Below are positions 1-10,692 of a DNA stretch of 63,076 nt, in pieces. Within the stretch, counting starts at the first letter, position 1; each line of letters starts with the position of its first letter. Under the pieces are notes generated by a model that worked only from the letters and a program-made list of their open reading frames with translations, ran no database searches and was not told the DNA's origin. The stretch is from an uncultured virus (IMG/VR IMGVR_UViG_3300025141_015636). Lineage: Duplodnaviria > Heunggongvirae > Uroviricota > Caudoviricetes. The translations under genes and the position numbers were made by a program. Location of the stretch: the IMG/VR virus record IMGVR_UViG_3300025141_015636; one strand, written 5' to 3'.

Positions 1-2
1 AG

Positions 3-488
3 AAGACAATAATATATTCACCTACATGGAAAAAATTTGTCAGCTTCAAACAAGTAAAAGAAAAATTTGGAATATCTTCAAAAAATTTCTGTCTTGCAAA
101 ATGTTTATGCGGTGATCCGTCAGATAATATTCCGGGTGCAAAGGGAGCAGGATTCAAAACAATTTCTAAAAGATTCACGTTTTTAGATTCAGATGATGAA
201 TATTTAATTGATGATATCTTACAAGCTTGCAATGATAAAATATTGTCTGGATCGAAAGTAAAAGTTTTTAGATCAATACTTGATTCTGAGTCACAAATTA
301 GAAAAAACTGGAAGTTAATAATGCTAGATACAAATAACTTATCAGCATCACAAATTAAAAAAATAGAAAATTCTATTGATACTTTTAAGCCCGTTAGAAA
401 TAAAATGAAAGCAATTAAAACATTAAGAGATTTATCAATTACAAGTATTAATATTGATAGAGCTTTTATATCAATGAGAAACCTTTAA
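3..488 (+). CDS. 5'-3' exonuclease / flap endonuclease (Pol I N-terminal or T4 RNase H family), 5'-truncated by window edge
   Basis: The frame of the 243..488 ORF is open from base 3 and reads LAKCLCGDPSDNIPGAKGAGFKT, the H3TH signature; it lies next to a helicase. Confidence 0.85.
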   Translation, partial: KTIIYSPTWKKFVSFKQVKEKFGISSKNFCLAKCLCGDPSDNIPGAKGAGFKTISKRFTFLDSDDEYLIDDILQACNDKILSGSKVKVFRSILDSESQIRKNWKLIMLDTNNLSASQIKKIENSIDTFKPVRNKMKAIKTLRDLSITSINIDRAFISMRNL

Positions 489-503
489 TGGTAGAGATAA
501 TAA

Positions 504-1880
504 ATGAATGAAGTAGCTTACTTTGGACAGTATGGAAAATCTTTTCAAGAGAAAATTTTCCAAGCCTTTATAACAGATACAAATTGGGCAGCCCAAATGA
601 TAGAGGTTATGACTCCAACTTATTTTGAGCAAGGATATTTACAATACTTGACAAAGAAATATTTCGCATATTATGAAAAGTATAAATGCTTTCCAACTAT
701 GCCATTATTGATAACAATAGTAAGGGATTCGCTGAGAGAAGGAAGCGATATAATACTCAGGGATCAGGTTGTTGAATTTTTGCATAGGGTTAAGACAAAT
801 CCTGATATGGGTGATCTTCACTTTGTAAAAGAGAAGTCATTAGACTTTTGCAAAAAGCAAGCACTAAAAGGCGCTCTCGGATCAGCAGTTGACCTTATAG
901 AGACTGAAGAGTATGAATCTATAGTTACTCTTATGAAGGATGCGATTGCAAAAGGAACGCCATCAACTCTTGGTCATGACTTCTTTAATGACTATGAGCA
1001 TAGGTTTACGACAATAAGTAGATTAACCTGTCCAACGGGACTTAGGCAGCTTGACCAAAAAGATGTCTTAAACGGAGGTTTAGGAAGAGGGGAAATAGGT
1101 GTAATTACAGCACCGACTGGTTGCGGAAAATCTCATTTTCTTGTTCACGTTGGATCTGAAGCACTAAAGGTTGGAAAAAACGTTATACACTATACGTTTG
1201 AGCTATCTGAGAGAGCTGTCGGATTGCGATATGATAGCAATTTATGTAATATTCCTAGTAACGAAATAGTCGATAGAAAAGAAGAGGTCATAAAAATTTA
1301 TGATGAATCTGAGCATGGTAGGCTTATTATAAAAGAGTACCCGACAGGATCTGCAACATCACTAACAATAAGAAATCATATTGAAAAGCTTCTTCTAAAA
1401 GGATTTGTTCCAAGTCTAATAGTGATAGACTACGCTGATATCATGCGATCAACAAGAAAAATGGATTCGCTTAGACATGAATTGAAATTAATATACGAAG
1501 AGTTGCGAAATCTTGCAATGGATATGAATATACCTATCTGGACAGCATCTCAAGCAAATAGAGATGCGTCTAATGCAGATGTAGTAGGTCTTGAAAATAT
1601 GTCAGAAGCATACGGAAAAGCAATGGTCGCTGATGTAGTAATATCTTTGTCAAGAAAACCTTTGGAAAAATCAACAGGGTCAGGAAGATTGTTTGTTGCA
1701 AAAAATAGAGCAGGCCGAGATGGTATTTTATTTCCAATACATTTAGATACAGCAAAATCAATCCTTATGATAGCAGACAATGCAAATGATATATCTTTAA
1801 ACGACGCAGTTGATTTTGATAATAACAGTATGAAAAAACTTTTACTTGAAAAATGGAAACAAGTTAATTCTAGTGTGTAA
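504..1880 (+). CDS. dnaB: Replicative DNA helicase, DnaB / T4 gp41-like
   Basis: Walker A APTGCGKS, Walker B VIDYAD, TASQANR and KNRAG motifs. Confidence 0.9.
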   Translation: MNEVAYFGQYGKSFQEKIFQAFITDTNWAAQMIEVMTPTYFEQGYLQYLTKKYFAYYEKYKCFPTMPLLITIVRDSLREGSDIILRDQVVEFLHRVKTNPDMGDLHFVKEKSLDFCKKQALKGALGSAVDLIETEEYESIVTLMKDAIAKGTPSTLGHDFFNDYEHRFTTISRLTCPTGLRQLDQKDVLNGGLGRGEIGVITAPTGCGKSHFLVHVGSEALKVGKNVIHYTFELSERAVGLRYDSNLCNIPSNEIVDRKEEVIKIYDESEHGRLIIKEYPTGSATSLTIRNHIEKLLLKGFVPSLIVIDYADIMRSTRKMDSLRHELKLIYEELRNLAMDMNIPIWTASQANRDASNADVVGLENMSEAYGKAMVADVVISLSRKPLEKSTGSGRLFVAKNRAGRDGILFPIHLDTAKSILMIADNANDISLNDAVDFDNNSMKKLLLEKWKQVNSSV

Positions 1881-1903
1881 TGTAGAACTACAGGAGGGAA
1901 TCG

Positions 1904-4432
1904 GTGTTCGAGTATAGCGAAGTATTTAATTCAAGCATGGAGTATTTTAAAAATGATGAGCTTTCCGCAAGTGTATTTTCAGGAAAATATGCTTTGTGTG
2001 ATAAAGATGGAAAATTTCACGAGCTAAACCCCGATGAAATGCATAGAAGATTATCAAAAGAATTTGCAAGAATTGAATCAAAATATCCAAATCCAATGTC
2101 AGAAGACGAAATTTTTGAATTATTTAGAAATTTTTCTCAAGTAATACCTCAGGGAAGCCCAATGGCAGCAATAGGCAATAATTTTCAAACCCAGAGTACA
2201 TCAAATTGCTTTGTAATAGAGTCTCCATATGATTCATATGGAGGAATACTTAAGACTGACCAGGAGCTAGTTCAGATTGCAAAGAGGAGAGGGGGAGTAG
2301 GATTTGATATAAGTACAATTAGACCAAAAGGATTGTCAACAGGAAACGCTGCTCGAACAACAGATGGAATAGAAGTCTTTATGGATAGATTTTCAAATTC
2401 ATGTAGAGAAGTAGCACAGGGTGGAAGAAGAGGAGCACTTATGCTAACAATCTCAATACACCATCCGCAAGTAGAAGACTTTATAAAAATAAAAAAAGAT
2501 CTTTCAAGAGTTACTGGAGCAAATATATCTGTAAGAGTTTCAGATGAATTTATGAATGCAGTTACAAAAAATAAAACCTACGAACAAAGATTTCCAGTAG
2601 ATTCAAAAACTCCTGATATTTCAAATATGGCAAACGCCACAGATATATGGAATATGATAATAGAGTCTGCGCATAGTGCATCAGAGCCTGGAGTTTTGTT
2701 TTGGGATACTTCAAAGCGTCTAACTCCATCGGATGCATATTCTGAGTTTGGATTTTCATCTATCTCAACAAATCCGTGCGGAGAAATAATACTGTCACAG
2801 TATGATAGTTGCAGACTTATGCTTATAAATCTTGCTAGCTTTGTATCAAATCCGTTTTCAGATAAATCATTTTTTGATTTTAAAAGATTTGAAGATACTG
2901 TCTTTAAGACACAAAGACTTATGGACGATATGATTGATCTTGAAATAGAGCAGATAGACAAAATTCTAGAAAAGGTTAGTTTAGATCCAGAGCCAGATCA
3001 TGTTAAAAAAATAGAGCTTGATCTTTGGAATTCTGTAAAGAGGCAAGCACTTGCAGGTAGAAGGACTGGCCTCGGAATAACCGGACTGGGGGACGCACTG
3101 GCATATGTTGGAATACGATACGGAAGTGAAAAATCAGTTGAAATGGTTGAGAAGATATATAAGTCACTTTGTTTAAATTCGTATAGATCTTCATCCTTTC
3201 TAGCAAAAGAGAGAGGGTCATTCCCAATTCATGATTCAGAAAGAGAAGAGTCTCACCCATTTTTATCAAGAATATGGAGAGAAGATCCAGATCTCTTAGA
3301 TATGAATAGAAAATGGGGAAGAAGAAATATTGCTATTACAACGACAGCACCAGCTGGATCTGTTTCAACATTAACACAAACAACTTCTGGAATTGAGCCA
3401 GTATTTATGCTTAATTACACTAGAAGAAAAAAGATAACAGAGCAAGATTCAGATTCAAGAGTTGATTTTATAGATGATAGTGGCGACAAATGGAAAGAGT
3501 ATACTGTCTATCATCATGGATTTAAAAGATGGATGCAGTACAAAAATGAAATGGACCCCGACTCAATTGCTGGCCTCACGGACGAAGAGCTTGTCGCTAT
3601 GAGTCCGTATGCTGGCGCAACAGCAAGTGAAATTGACTGGGTTGCAAAAGTTAAAATGCAAGCTGCAGCTCAAAAATGGGTTTGTCATGCAATATCAAAT
3701 ACAACAAATTTGCCAGCCGACACAGACGTAGAGACAGTAAAACAAGTTTATATGACCGGTTGGGAGCTTGGCTGTAAGGGCATAACAGTTTATAGGGATG
3801 GAAGTCGAGCTGGTGTATTAATATCAAATAATGATTTAAATACTAAAAATATTGACCATAGGGAATCAGATGATATAATTTGTAGCTCAGCGCCTAGAAG
3901 GCCAGAAATACTTGAATGCGATATACATCAGGCAAATATAAAAGGTGAAGCATGGACAATTCTAGTTGGCCATTTAAACGGATCACCTTACGAGGTTTTT
4001 GGAGGTCTGTCAGAATATGTTGAAATACCTAAAAAATATAATATGGGATTAATTAGAAAAAGATCAAGAAAGACAGTTGCATCTAAGTATGATTTGATAA
4101 TAGGGAAAAATGGTGATGAGTTTATTATAAAAGATATAGTATCTGTTTTTGATAATCCGAATCATACATCGTTTACAAGAACAATATCATTAGCACTTAG
4201 ACATGGTGCACCTGTTCAATATGTAGTTGAACAATTGCAAAAGGATAAGGACGCAGACCTATTCAGCTTTTCAAAAGTAACTGCAAGGTGTCTTAAGAAG
4301 TATATTGAAGATGGAACAAAACCGGGCAACGGCGTTATAAATTGCAATTGTGAAAGTTTGGAGCACTGTAACGTAGTGTACCAAGAAGGATGTGCTACAT
4401 GTTTAACATGCGGTTACGCAAAATGTGGATAA
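1904..4432 (+). CDS. nrdJ: Class II (adenosylcobalamin-dependent) ribonucleotide reductase
   Basis: SNCFV, RRGGVG, TNPCGE catalytic motif, APAGS, GCKGITVYRDGSR, and a C-terminal NrdJb-like region ending in EGCATCLTCGYAKC; no beta subunit adjacent. Confidence 0.92.
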   Translation: MFEYSEVFNSSMEYFKNDELSASVFSGKYALCDKDGKFHELNPDEMHRRLSKEFARIESKYPNPMSEDEIFELFRNFSQVIPQGSPMAAIGNNFQTQSTSNCFVIESPYDSYGGILKTDQELVQIAKRRGGVGFDISTIRPKGLSTGNAARTTDGIEVFMDRFSNSCREVAQGGRRGALMLTISIHHPQVEDFIKIKKDLSRVTGANISVRVSDEFMNAVTKNKTYEQRFPVDSKTPDISNMANATDIWNMIIESAHSASEPGVLFWDTSKRLTPSDAYSEFGFSSISTNPCGEIILSQYDSCRLMLINLASFVSNPFSDKSFFDFKRFEDTVFKTQRLMDDMIDLEIEQIDKILEKVSLDPEPDHVKKIELDLWNSVKRQALAGRRTGLGITGLGDALAYVGIRYGSEKSVEMVEKIYKSLCLNSYRSSSFLAKERGSFPIHDSEREESHPFLSRIWREDPDLLDMNRKWGRRNIAITTTAPAGSVSTLTQTTSGIEPVFMLNYTRRKKITEQDSDSRVDFIDDSGDKWKEYTVYHHGFKRWMQYKNEMDPDSIAGLTDEELVAMSPYAGATASEIDWVAKVKMQAAAQKWVCHAISNTTNLPADTDVETVKQVYMTGWELGCKGITVYRDGSRAGVLISNNDLNTKNIDHRESDDIICSSAPRRPEILECDIHQANIKGEAWTILVGHLNGSPYEVFGGLSEYVEIPKKYNMGLIRKRSRKTVASKYDLIIGKNGDEFIIKDIVSVFDNPNHTSFTRTISLALRHGAPVQYVVEQLQKDKDADLFSFSKVTARCLKKYIEDGTKPGNGVINCNCESLEHCNVVYQEGCATCLTCGYAKCG

Positions 4433-4442
4433 AGGATCACAA

Positions 4443-5045
4443 ATGAAATGGACAACTAAAATATCACCCTTAATCAAAGAGATTGAGCTAAGAAAATCTC
4501 CTGTAATAGTAACAGTAAATAAGTTTGACGAAAAGTCTGCTAAAGATTTTCAGCAACAAATATCACTAGCACACAATACGGGTCAAAAAATAATACCCGT
4601 TGTTATAGACTCGTATGGTGGACAAGTATATTCATTAATGTCGATGATAAGTGCAATAAAACATGCTGAGATACCAGTGGCTACAATAGTAGAAGGCAAG
4701 GCAATGTCTTGCGGTGCAATATTGTTCTCATTTGGAGAGCAGGGATTAAGATTTATAGATCCAGATGCAACAGTTATGATACATGATGTCTCATCTATGG
4801 AGTACGGAAAAGTAGAAGAAATAAAAGCATCTGCTGATGAAACTGAAAGGCTTAACCAGAAAGTATATACTATGATGGCTAGAAATTGTGGAAAAAAAGA
4901 CGATTATTTTCTCAAAATAGTTCATAAAAAAGGACATGCAGACTGGTTTTTAGATGCAGAAGAGGCAAAGAGACATGGAATGGCAAATCAAATAAGGGTG
5001 CCAAAATTCAATATCGGCGTTAATGTAGATATTGAATTTGAGTAA
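4443..5045 (+). CDS. clpP: ClpP-like serine protease
   Basis: IDSYGG, AMSCG (Ser), VMIHD (His), DWFLDAEEA; start moved to ATG 4443 after an AAAGGA RBS. Confidence 0.85.
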   Translation: MKWTTKISPLIKEIELRKSPVIVTVNKFDEKSAKDFQQQISLAHNTGQKIIPVVIDSYGGQVYSLMSMISAIKHAEIPVATIVEGKAMSCGAILFSFGEQGLRFIDPDATVMIHDVSSMEYGKVEEIKASADETERLNQKVYTMMARNCGKKDDYFLKIVHKKGHADWFLDAEEAKRHGMANQIRVPKFNIGVNVDIEFE

Positions 5046-5053
5046 TATGTAAG

Positions 5054-5992
5054 ATGGATAAACTTTTCTACAATCTAAGCTCTGAGGCAAAGCTAGGATG
5101 GTCTCCTTCCTGGTTTGGACACAAATATAATGACGAAGAGCTTATATCTCATGTTAAAAAATGGCAAACTAGTATGGGTCTTAAGTCTGATGGTCTAGTT
5201 GGACCAATGACGTATAGAAGAATATGGACTGAAAGACAGGCTAAAATAGATAGTTATAGACCGTATTCGCATAGGGCGAAAGACAAGAATTATATTGTTC
5301 ATAATTCTAAATTTATTCCAATAGAGTGGAACAAGGTAGTTTTATGGTCTGAAGACGGCGGTCTTAAGATGAAGCCTGGCACATACACAGACCTTTCTGG
5401 AAAAGAAGATAGATCTCCAACAATGTTTGTAAATCACTGGGATGTATGTCTTAGTGCAGAGTCATGTGCAAAAGTTTTAAATAGAAGGGGAATATCTGTT
5501 CATTTTTGTATTGATAACGATGGTACAATATATCAGCTTTTAGATACACAGCACAAAGCATGGCATGCAGGAATTAACAGCGGTGCGGGAGGAAATCCAA
5601 AAGGAATAGGCGTCGAAATTTCAAATGCTTATTACTTAAAATATCAGGATTGGTATGTTAAAAATGGATTTGGGGAAAGACCAGTTCAAGAACATGGATA
5701 TGTTCATGGTAAAACACTAGATCCATTTACAGACTTTTATCCTGCACAAATTGAAGCTCTTAAGGCTCTCTGGAAAGCATGCCATATTGGAATTGGAATA
5801 CCTCTTGAGTATCCAAAAAATTCTGATGGGTATATTGAAACAGGCGTTCATAAAGATTGCGAAAAGGGAAAATTTTATGGAATTTGTAATCACTATAATT
5901 TTACTAGAACTAAAATTGACTGTGCAGGGCTTGATCTTCCCAGACTTATAGAAGAGGTAAAGAACACTCCCATGTACTGTCTGGACAAATAA
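5054..5992 (+). CDS. N-acetylmuramoyl-L-alanine amidase with N-terminal peptidoglycan-binding domain (endolysin-like)
   Basis: WQTSMGLKSDGLVGPMT (PG-binding), SVHFCIDNDGTIYQ, AWHAG, GVEI, and KIDC motifs. Confidence 0.85.
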   Translation: MDKLFYNLSSEAKLGWSPSWFGHKYNDEELISHVKKWQTSMGLKSDGLVGPMTYRRIWTERQAKIDSYRPYSHRAKDKNYIVHNSKFIPIEWNKVVLWSEDGGLKMKPGTYTDLSGKEDRSPTMFVNHWDVCLSAESCAKVLNRRGISVHFCIDNDGTIYQLLDTQHKAWHAGINSGAGGNPKGIGVEISNAYYLKYQDWYVKNGFGERPVQEHGYVHGKTLDPFTDFYPAQIEALKALWKACHIGIGIPLEYPKNSDGYIETGVHKDCEKGKFYGICNHYNFTRTKIDCAGLDLPRLIEEVKNTPMYCLDK

Positions 5993-6447
5993 TGAATAGA
6001 GCTTGGAAAGAAATGAATCTTTTATCAACACATCTATGCAAAACTAGCGATATTGGTTTTCATGGAAATTTATTTGGAGGACAGTTGCTAGCATGGCTGG
6101 ATGAAGCGGGTGCAGCTATGTCAGCAGAGTTTGCTGAAACTGGAAGAATTGTAACAAAGCATATCTCTGAGGTTAATTTTCAAAGTCCAGTAAGGCCTGG
6201 CCAATTGATAAAAATTTATGGTAAAATTTTAAAGGTTGGAAACACATCTTTGACAATTGAAGTAGAAGCTAGGAGGCATAGTATATACAATGGTACACAG
6301 AAACCAGTTTGCAAATGTCAAATGATATTTGTTAGAATTGATGGTGATGGAGAACCTGTTCCAATTCCGCCCCATATACACTATAAATTTAAGCAAGAAG
6401 AAAATGAAACAGTTGAAAAAAAATATGAAGAAAAGAGAAAGAAATAG
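5992..6447 (+). CDS. Hotdog-fold acyl-CoA thioesterase (YciA-like)
   Basis: HGNLFGGQLLAWLDEA, VNFQSPV, VGNTSL, FVRID motifs. Confidence 0.85.
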   Translation: MNRAWKEMNLLSTHLCKTSDIGFHGNLFGGQLLAWLDEAGAAMSAEFAETGRIVTKHISEVNFQSPVRPGQLIKIYGKILKVGNTSLTIEVEARRHSIYNGTQKPVCKCQMIFVRIDGDGEPVPIPPHIHYKFKQEENETVEKKYEEKRKK

Positions 6448-6629
6448 ACAAACTCTAGAATTGTCTAGAAATCATCTGGTTGTTTTGTTTTAGAATGCCC
6501 AATTATCACATCAATAAAAGCTACAAAGATCATCCAGACACTCTCTGAAATATTAGAAAGTATATACACCAACAGTTAGTACAAATTTTATCAAGCATAG
6601 AGCAAGAAGAATAAATACTTATTATAGAA

Positions 6630-7400
6630 ATGAATTTTAAAAATTTTAAAATAATCAAAGAGAATATAATAAATGAAATAGAAGTGTCAGACGTAGTTGT
6701 AGCCGGATTTAAATTAAAGGACGAGCTTGATAATAATGTTTGGGATAGTGAAAATATATTAAAGGGAAACATTAGAAGAAATCTAATTGAGATAGCCAGC
6801 GACTTTATAGAGAGTCTTGATATAGAAGTTGATGTACTAGATGTTAATATAACTGGATCACTTGCAAACTACAACTGGTCCAAGTATTCAGATATTGATC
6901 TTCATATAGTAGTAGATTTTAAGCAAGTTGATGACAATTATGATCTTGTAAAAGGATATTTTGATCACAAGAGAATTGTATGGAATCTTACTCATGATAT
7001 AAAAATGGAAGGTTATGAAGTTGAAATATACGTCGAGGATAAGAATGAAGAGCATATATCAACTGGAATATATTCTGTGCTTAGAGATGAATGGATAATT
7101 GAACCAGAAGTAATAGAAGAAATAGAAATAGATGTCCCAAACGTTAAAAAGAAAGCAGCGTCTGTAATGAATCAAATAGAATATGTTGAAGAGATTATAA
7201 AGGAAGATCCTAAAAAATCGCTAGATATGTCAGATAAGATAAAGAAAAAGATTAGAACAATGAGAAAGGCCGGCCTAGAATCTGATGAAGGTCAATACTC
7301 TATAGAGAATATTGCATTTAAAGTTCTAAGAAGAAACGGGTATCTAAAGAGATTAAGCGATGTAAAAAATATGTCTTATGACATATCATTATCAATTTAG
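6630..7400 (+). CDS. Pol-beta-superfamily nucleotidyltransferase-like phage protein
   Basis: ITGSLANYNWSKYSDIDLH (GS...DxD) and a downstream EVEIY strand. Confidence 0.7.
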   Translation: MNFKNFKIIKENIINEIEVSDVVVAGFKLKDELDNNVWDSENILKGNIRRNLIEIASDFIESLDIEVDVLDVNITGSLANYNWSKYSDIDLHIVVDFKQVDDNYDLVKGYFDHKRIVWNLTHDIKMEGYEVEIYVEDKNEEHISTGIYSVLRDEWIIEPEVIEEIEIDVPNVKKKAASVMNQIEYVEEIIKEDPKKSLDMSDKIKKKIRTMRKAGLESDEGQYSIENIAFKVLRRNGYLKRLSDVKNMSYDISLSI

Positions 7401-8224
7401 TTAACTGTATAGACTGTTATATTTTTTTCTCTAGCACGTCTTTCAATTATTGTTCTCTCTGATGAAGTGAGGGGAAAGTTCGAATCAAAGTCAGATATAA
7501 TAAGAAGTGTTTCTCCAGGATTCATATATTCTAAAACTTTCCAGTATGAGTACCATATCTCTGTTCCTGATTGAGGTCTTATAGCATCTATTCTTTGACC
7601 ATTTCGGCATCCTGACATCATTGATACATATATTTTACTGTCTGGCTTAAGTGATGCATTTATAACATCAGACCAGCTTCTAAAGCTGTTCCACATAGAT
7701 CCTGATCCGTCTATTAGATAAACATCGGCAGGAATTCTCTCTATTCTAGTAACAAGATCGTTGCTTGTATGAACTATAATATCAACTCTTCTAGATTCAG
7801 GAGAGTGACCCTGAACTCTTTCACCAATAATCCTTGTTGAAATTCTCACGTTTGAAACAGATTTTCTTATTTCTCTAGATGTACTTTCAACTCTAGCTCT
7901 TGCAAGAGAGGAATTATAACTTGATGATCCACATCCGTCTGTATATCCTATTATTGTTATTGAAACTCTGTTTGATTCATCGATTGACTCAGCCCATTGT
8001 GTAAGACTAGATAGTTGTACGCTACCTATGTCAGAGCTGTCTTCTTCAAAGTAAGTATTATGACTTCTATTACTATTTGAACCCATAATGTTTATAGGTG
8101 AATATGAGCCTCTATAGACTCTACATGTACAATCACTAACATCACATCTATCAGAAGCACTTCCGGCATTTGACTCTAGTGTGCATATAAAAAGAAGCAT
8201 TAGAAATAGTAAAAATCTTTGCAT
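7397..8224 (-). CDS. Exported OmpA-like peptidoglycan-binding protein with C-terminal vWA-like domain
   Basis: Signal peptide; GYTD..GSSSYN..LA.AR and RRVDI (OmpA C-domain); LIDGSGSM (MIDAS-like DxSxS). Confidence 0.7.
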   Translation of the reverse strand: MQRFLLFLMLLFICTLESNAGSASDRCDVSDCTCRVYRGSYSPINIMGSNSNRSHNTYFEEDSSDIGSVQLSSLTQWAESIDESNRVSITIIGYTDGCGSSSYNSSLARARVESTSREIRKSVSNVRISTRIIGERVQGHSPESRRVDIIVHTSNDLVTRIERIPADVYLIDGSGSMWNSFRSWSDVINASLKPDSKIYVSMMSGCRNGQRIDAIRPQSGTEIWYSYWKVLEYMNPGETLLIISDFDSNFPLTSSERTIIERRAREKNITVYTVN

Positions 8225-8327
8225 TTCATAATTTAATTAGACTAAATCAAATTATTGCAGGTTTAATATAAAAAAAATTACTTTTTTGTTACTTTATATT
8301 TATGTGAAATTTGTAATATTTATTACT

Positions 8328-9065
8328 ATGCGAATAACAAGGTCACGATTGCGGCAGATTATAGCAGAAGAACTTCTACTTGAAGAGAGAACCCACACCG
8401 TTCAACCTGGGGAGTCTCTATCTGCGATCGCAGCACAGTATGAAGATAGTATTACGGCTCTTACGATAGCAAGTGCGAATGGAAACCCTAGGATTATAAA
8501 CCCAGGAGATAGATTAATTATTCCAGAGCCGCCGCAGCGGCTCAATGCGAATACTGTTCCAAGCGACCAGCTAAAAGAATGGATGAGATATGAAGAGGGA
8601 AAAATGGATTCAATGGGAGAAGGTCTTGGAACACATCATGAGTCTCCCTATGATGACGGTGCTGGTAATTGGACCATCGGCTATGGTCACAAGTTTGAAT
8701 CCTACCCGGGAGACATAACGTGGACGCGGGAGCAAGCTAATCAACAGTTGCATAGGGATTTAATGGAGAAATCCCAAGCTCTAAGAGATTCAACAGTAGA
8801 AAATATGCCAGAGCCTTTGCACATTCCTATTTCACTAACACAAAATCAGTTTGATGCACTGTCAAGCTTAATGTTTCATGCAGGTTCACGAGGTTATGCA
8901 ACTAGTACTCTGCACCCGTTTATAAAAAGGGCGGACATTACATCACCAGAGTTCCAAAATGCTTTTCTTAACTTTAGGACGGTCGACGGATTTGGTGGAA
9001 TACAACGTAGAAGGCAAAGAGAGCTTGAAATTTTCAAGGGAGCAAATCCCTATCCTAAAAAATAG
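8328..9065 (+). CDS. LysM + GH24 phage lysozyme with N-terminal MRITRSRLRQIIAEE leader
   Basis: HTVQPGESLSAIA...INPGDRLIIP (LysM); YEEG...YDDGAGNWTIGYGH, LTQNQFDALSSL, GIQRRRQRE (GH24); start reassigned to ATG 8328. Confidence 0.85.
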   Translation: MRITRSRLRQIIAEELLLEERTHTVQPGESLSAIAAQYEDSITALTIASANGNPRIINPGDRLIIPEPPQRLNANTVPSDQLKEWMRYEEGKMDSMGEGLGTHHESPYDDGAGNWTIGYGHKFESYPGDITWTREQANQQLHRDLMEKSQALRDSTVENMPEPLHIPISLTQNQFDALSSLMFHAGSRGYATSTLHPFIKRADITSPEFQNAFLNFRTVDGFGGIQRRRQRELEIFKGANPYPKK

Positions 9066-9077
9066 GGGTCTAAGGCC

Positions 9078-10022
9078 ATGTCAATTTATGAACACATAAT
9101 ACGCTGGAATCAAGAATTTATAGATTCATACAAGCCAGGTACACAAAATTCTATAAATGTTGCCTCTCGTATATGGCCGCGTGAAACTGAGGACGATGCA
9201 GCTGAGAAATATCGCCGCGAGTGGGAATACGGAGAGATCAAGAGTAGAATGACAATAAACCTTCCTGATCATGGACAGGAAGGAAGAATATGTTTTAGGT
9301 TTCAAAGAATTCCCGCCGGAAGACTAGCGCAGTTTGAATTTGGGTCTGGTCAGTGGAGCATGACTGTGAGCCCGTCTGGGTGGAGAGATTCGAGCCTTTC
9401 ACAGAAAAGAAAAGCTCTAGAGCATGAACTTGAGCATGCAGTTGACTTTATACGTGCCCAAAATTATAATGAAGACCCAGAACCATGTGAGACAACTGAT
9501 TGGGATGGAACAAACCTTGGTAGAAGGCTTCACGGTGGAAAGAGACAAGAGCAATATTACATAGCTATGTTTGGAGAAGGAGAGCATGTTCCACAATGGG
9601 CAAATGATTTGGCCGATTCTAGTAATAAAGAATTTTGGTCAAGGATAATTGACTGGGGAGCAGATCGCGCAGAGCAGCGGGCAGAGATAAAGAGGTTTCT
9701 AAAGGACAAGCCGAATCAGGAAATGACAGAATCACTGTGGACAAGACTTTGCAACGCCAAGGCTCGTGCCGGGAATATTGAATGGAGTTTAAGCCCTAAT
9801 ACCGATAGATTTCCAATACACCTGGGAGTTCTTCTTCATTTAAATTGCACAGCAATCGACGATAATGCAATTGAAGCAGCAAACTCTATTGCAAAGATTG
9901 ATACTGGGGAAAAGATGAATCGAAGAGAATTGAGATCGATAGTTTCAGAAAGCAGAGTGATAAAAATTAGCCAAAAAAACCTCATTAGAATAATCAGAGA
10001 GGAGCTCGCGTCTTTCCTCTAA
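9078..10022 (+). CDS. Hypothetical protein with HExxH motif (zincin-like) and C-terminal leader-like helices
   Basis: LEHELEHAVD; C-terminal MNRRELRSIVSES and KISQKNLIRIIREEL. Confidence 0.55.
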   Translation: MSIYEHIIRWNQEFIDSYKPGTQNSINVASRIWPRETEDDAAEKYRREWEYGEIKSRMTINLPDHGQEGRICFRFQRIPAGRLAQFEFGSGQWSMTVSPSGWRDSSLSQKRKALEHELEHAVDFIRAQNYNEDPEPCETTDWDGTNLGRRLHGGKRQEQYYIAMFGEGEHVPQWANDLADSSNKEFWSRIIDWGADRAEQRAEIKRFLKDKPNQEMTESLWTRLCNAKARAGNIEWSLSPNTDRFPIHLGVLLHLNCTAIDDNAIEAANSIAKIDTGEKMNRRELRSIVSESRVIKISQKNLIRIIREELASFL

Positions 10023-10023
10023 C

Positions 10024-10692
10024 TTATTGATTTTCAAACTTTCTCAATCTAGCAACACCCTCAGTCACAGTAACATATGTCTGATGTGTGACCCAGTCTC
10101 CTGAGTTAATATAAGTCTTTATATTTTGATCTTCATCTACCCAGATAAGAGCCTCTGGTATGTGTGTGTGACCCATAATGAAGACGTCAACCTTTGGATG
10201 ATGCCGAAGAATGTGAATTATGGATCTTAGCTTGTGCTTCTTAATCTGTATTTCTGTCCACCAAGTTGTAAAATCAAAGTTAAAAGTAAACTCAAGCATA
10301 TTTTGGATTACAGATAAAAATTTAACAAACACCCTATTTGCAAATGCACCCTTATCATATTCGTCACCATGCTCTACCCTGAATATTCTACCGTCCTCTT
10401 CAAACTCGTATCTCTTGACAAATTCAACACCAAGTACTTTCTTTCCTACTAGACCAAGAAGACCTTCATCATGATTACCTACGACATAGATTACCTTTTT
10501 CGCCTGCTTCATCTTTCCTATTATCTGGAGACATCTTTCTGTAAAGACAGGAATCTTTATAAAGTCTATAATGTCACCTGCAAGAATCAATTCATCGCAT
10601 TCAGTATTTTCAAGAAAGCTTAGTAGCTCACAAGACTTATAGAATTTTGTACCAATATGCGTATCAGAAATTATTACTCTTTTCACGTGCAA
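10024..10692 (-). CDS. Calcineurin-like metallophosphoesterase (LpxH / UDP-2,3-diacylglucosamine hydrolase-like)
   Basis: ISDTH, AGDIID, GNHD, EHGD, MGHTH, NSGDW motifs. Confidence 0.85.
   Translation of the reverse strand: MHVKRVIISDTHIGTKFYKSCELLSFLENTECDELILAGDIIDFIKIPVFTERCLQIIGKMKQAKKVIYVVGNHDEGLLGLVGKKVLGVEFVKRYEFEEDGRIFRVEHGDEYDKGAFANRVFVKFLSVIQNMLEFTFNFDFTTWWTEIQIKKHKLRSIIHILRHHPKVDVFIMGHTHIPEALIWVDEDQNIKTYINSGDWVTHQTYVTVTEGVARLRKFENQ

Noticed and set aside
6450..6613. Possible degraded small ORF or TGA readthrough (MPNYHINKSYKDHPDTL*NIRKYIHQQLVQILSSIEQEE)
   Set aside because: Too short, no homology recognisable, and a single in-frame stop is not evidence of recoding.
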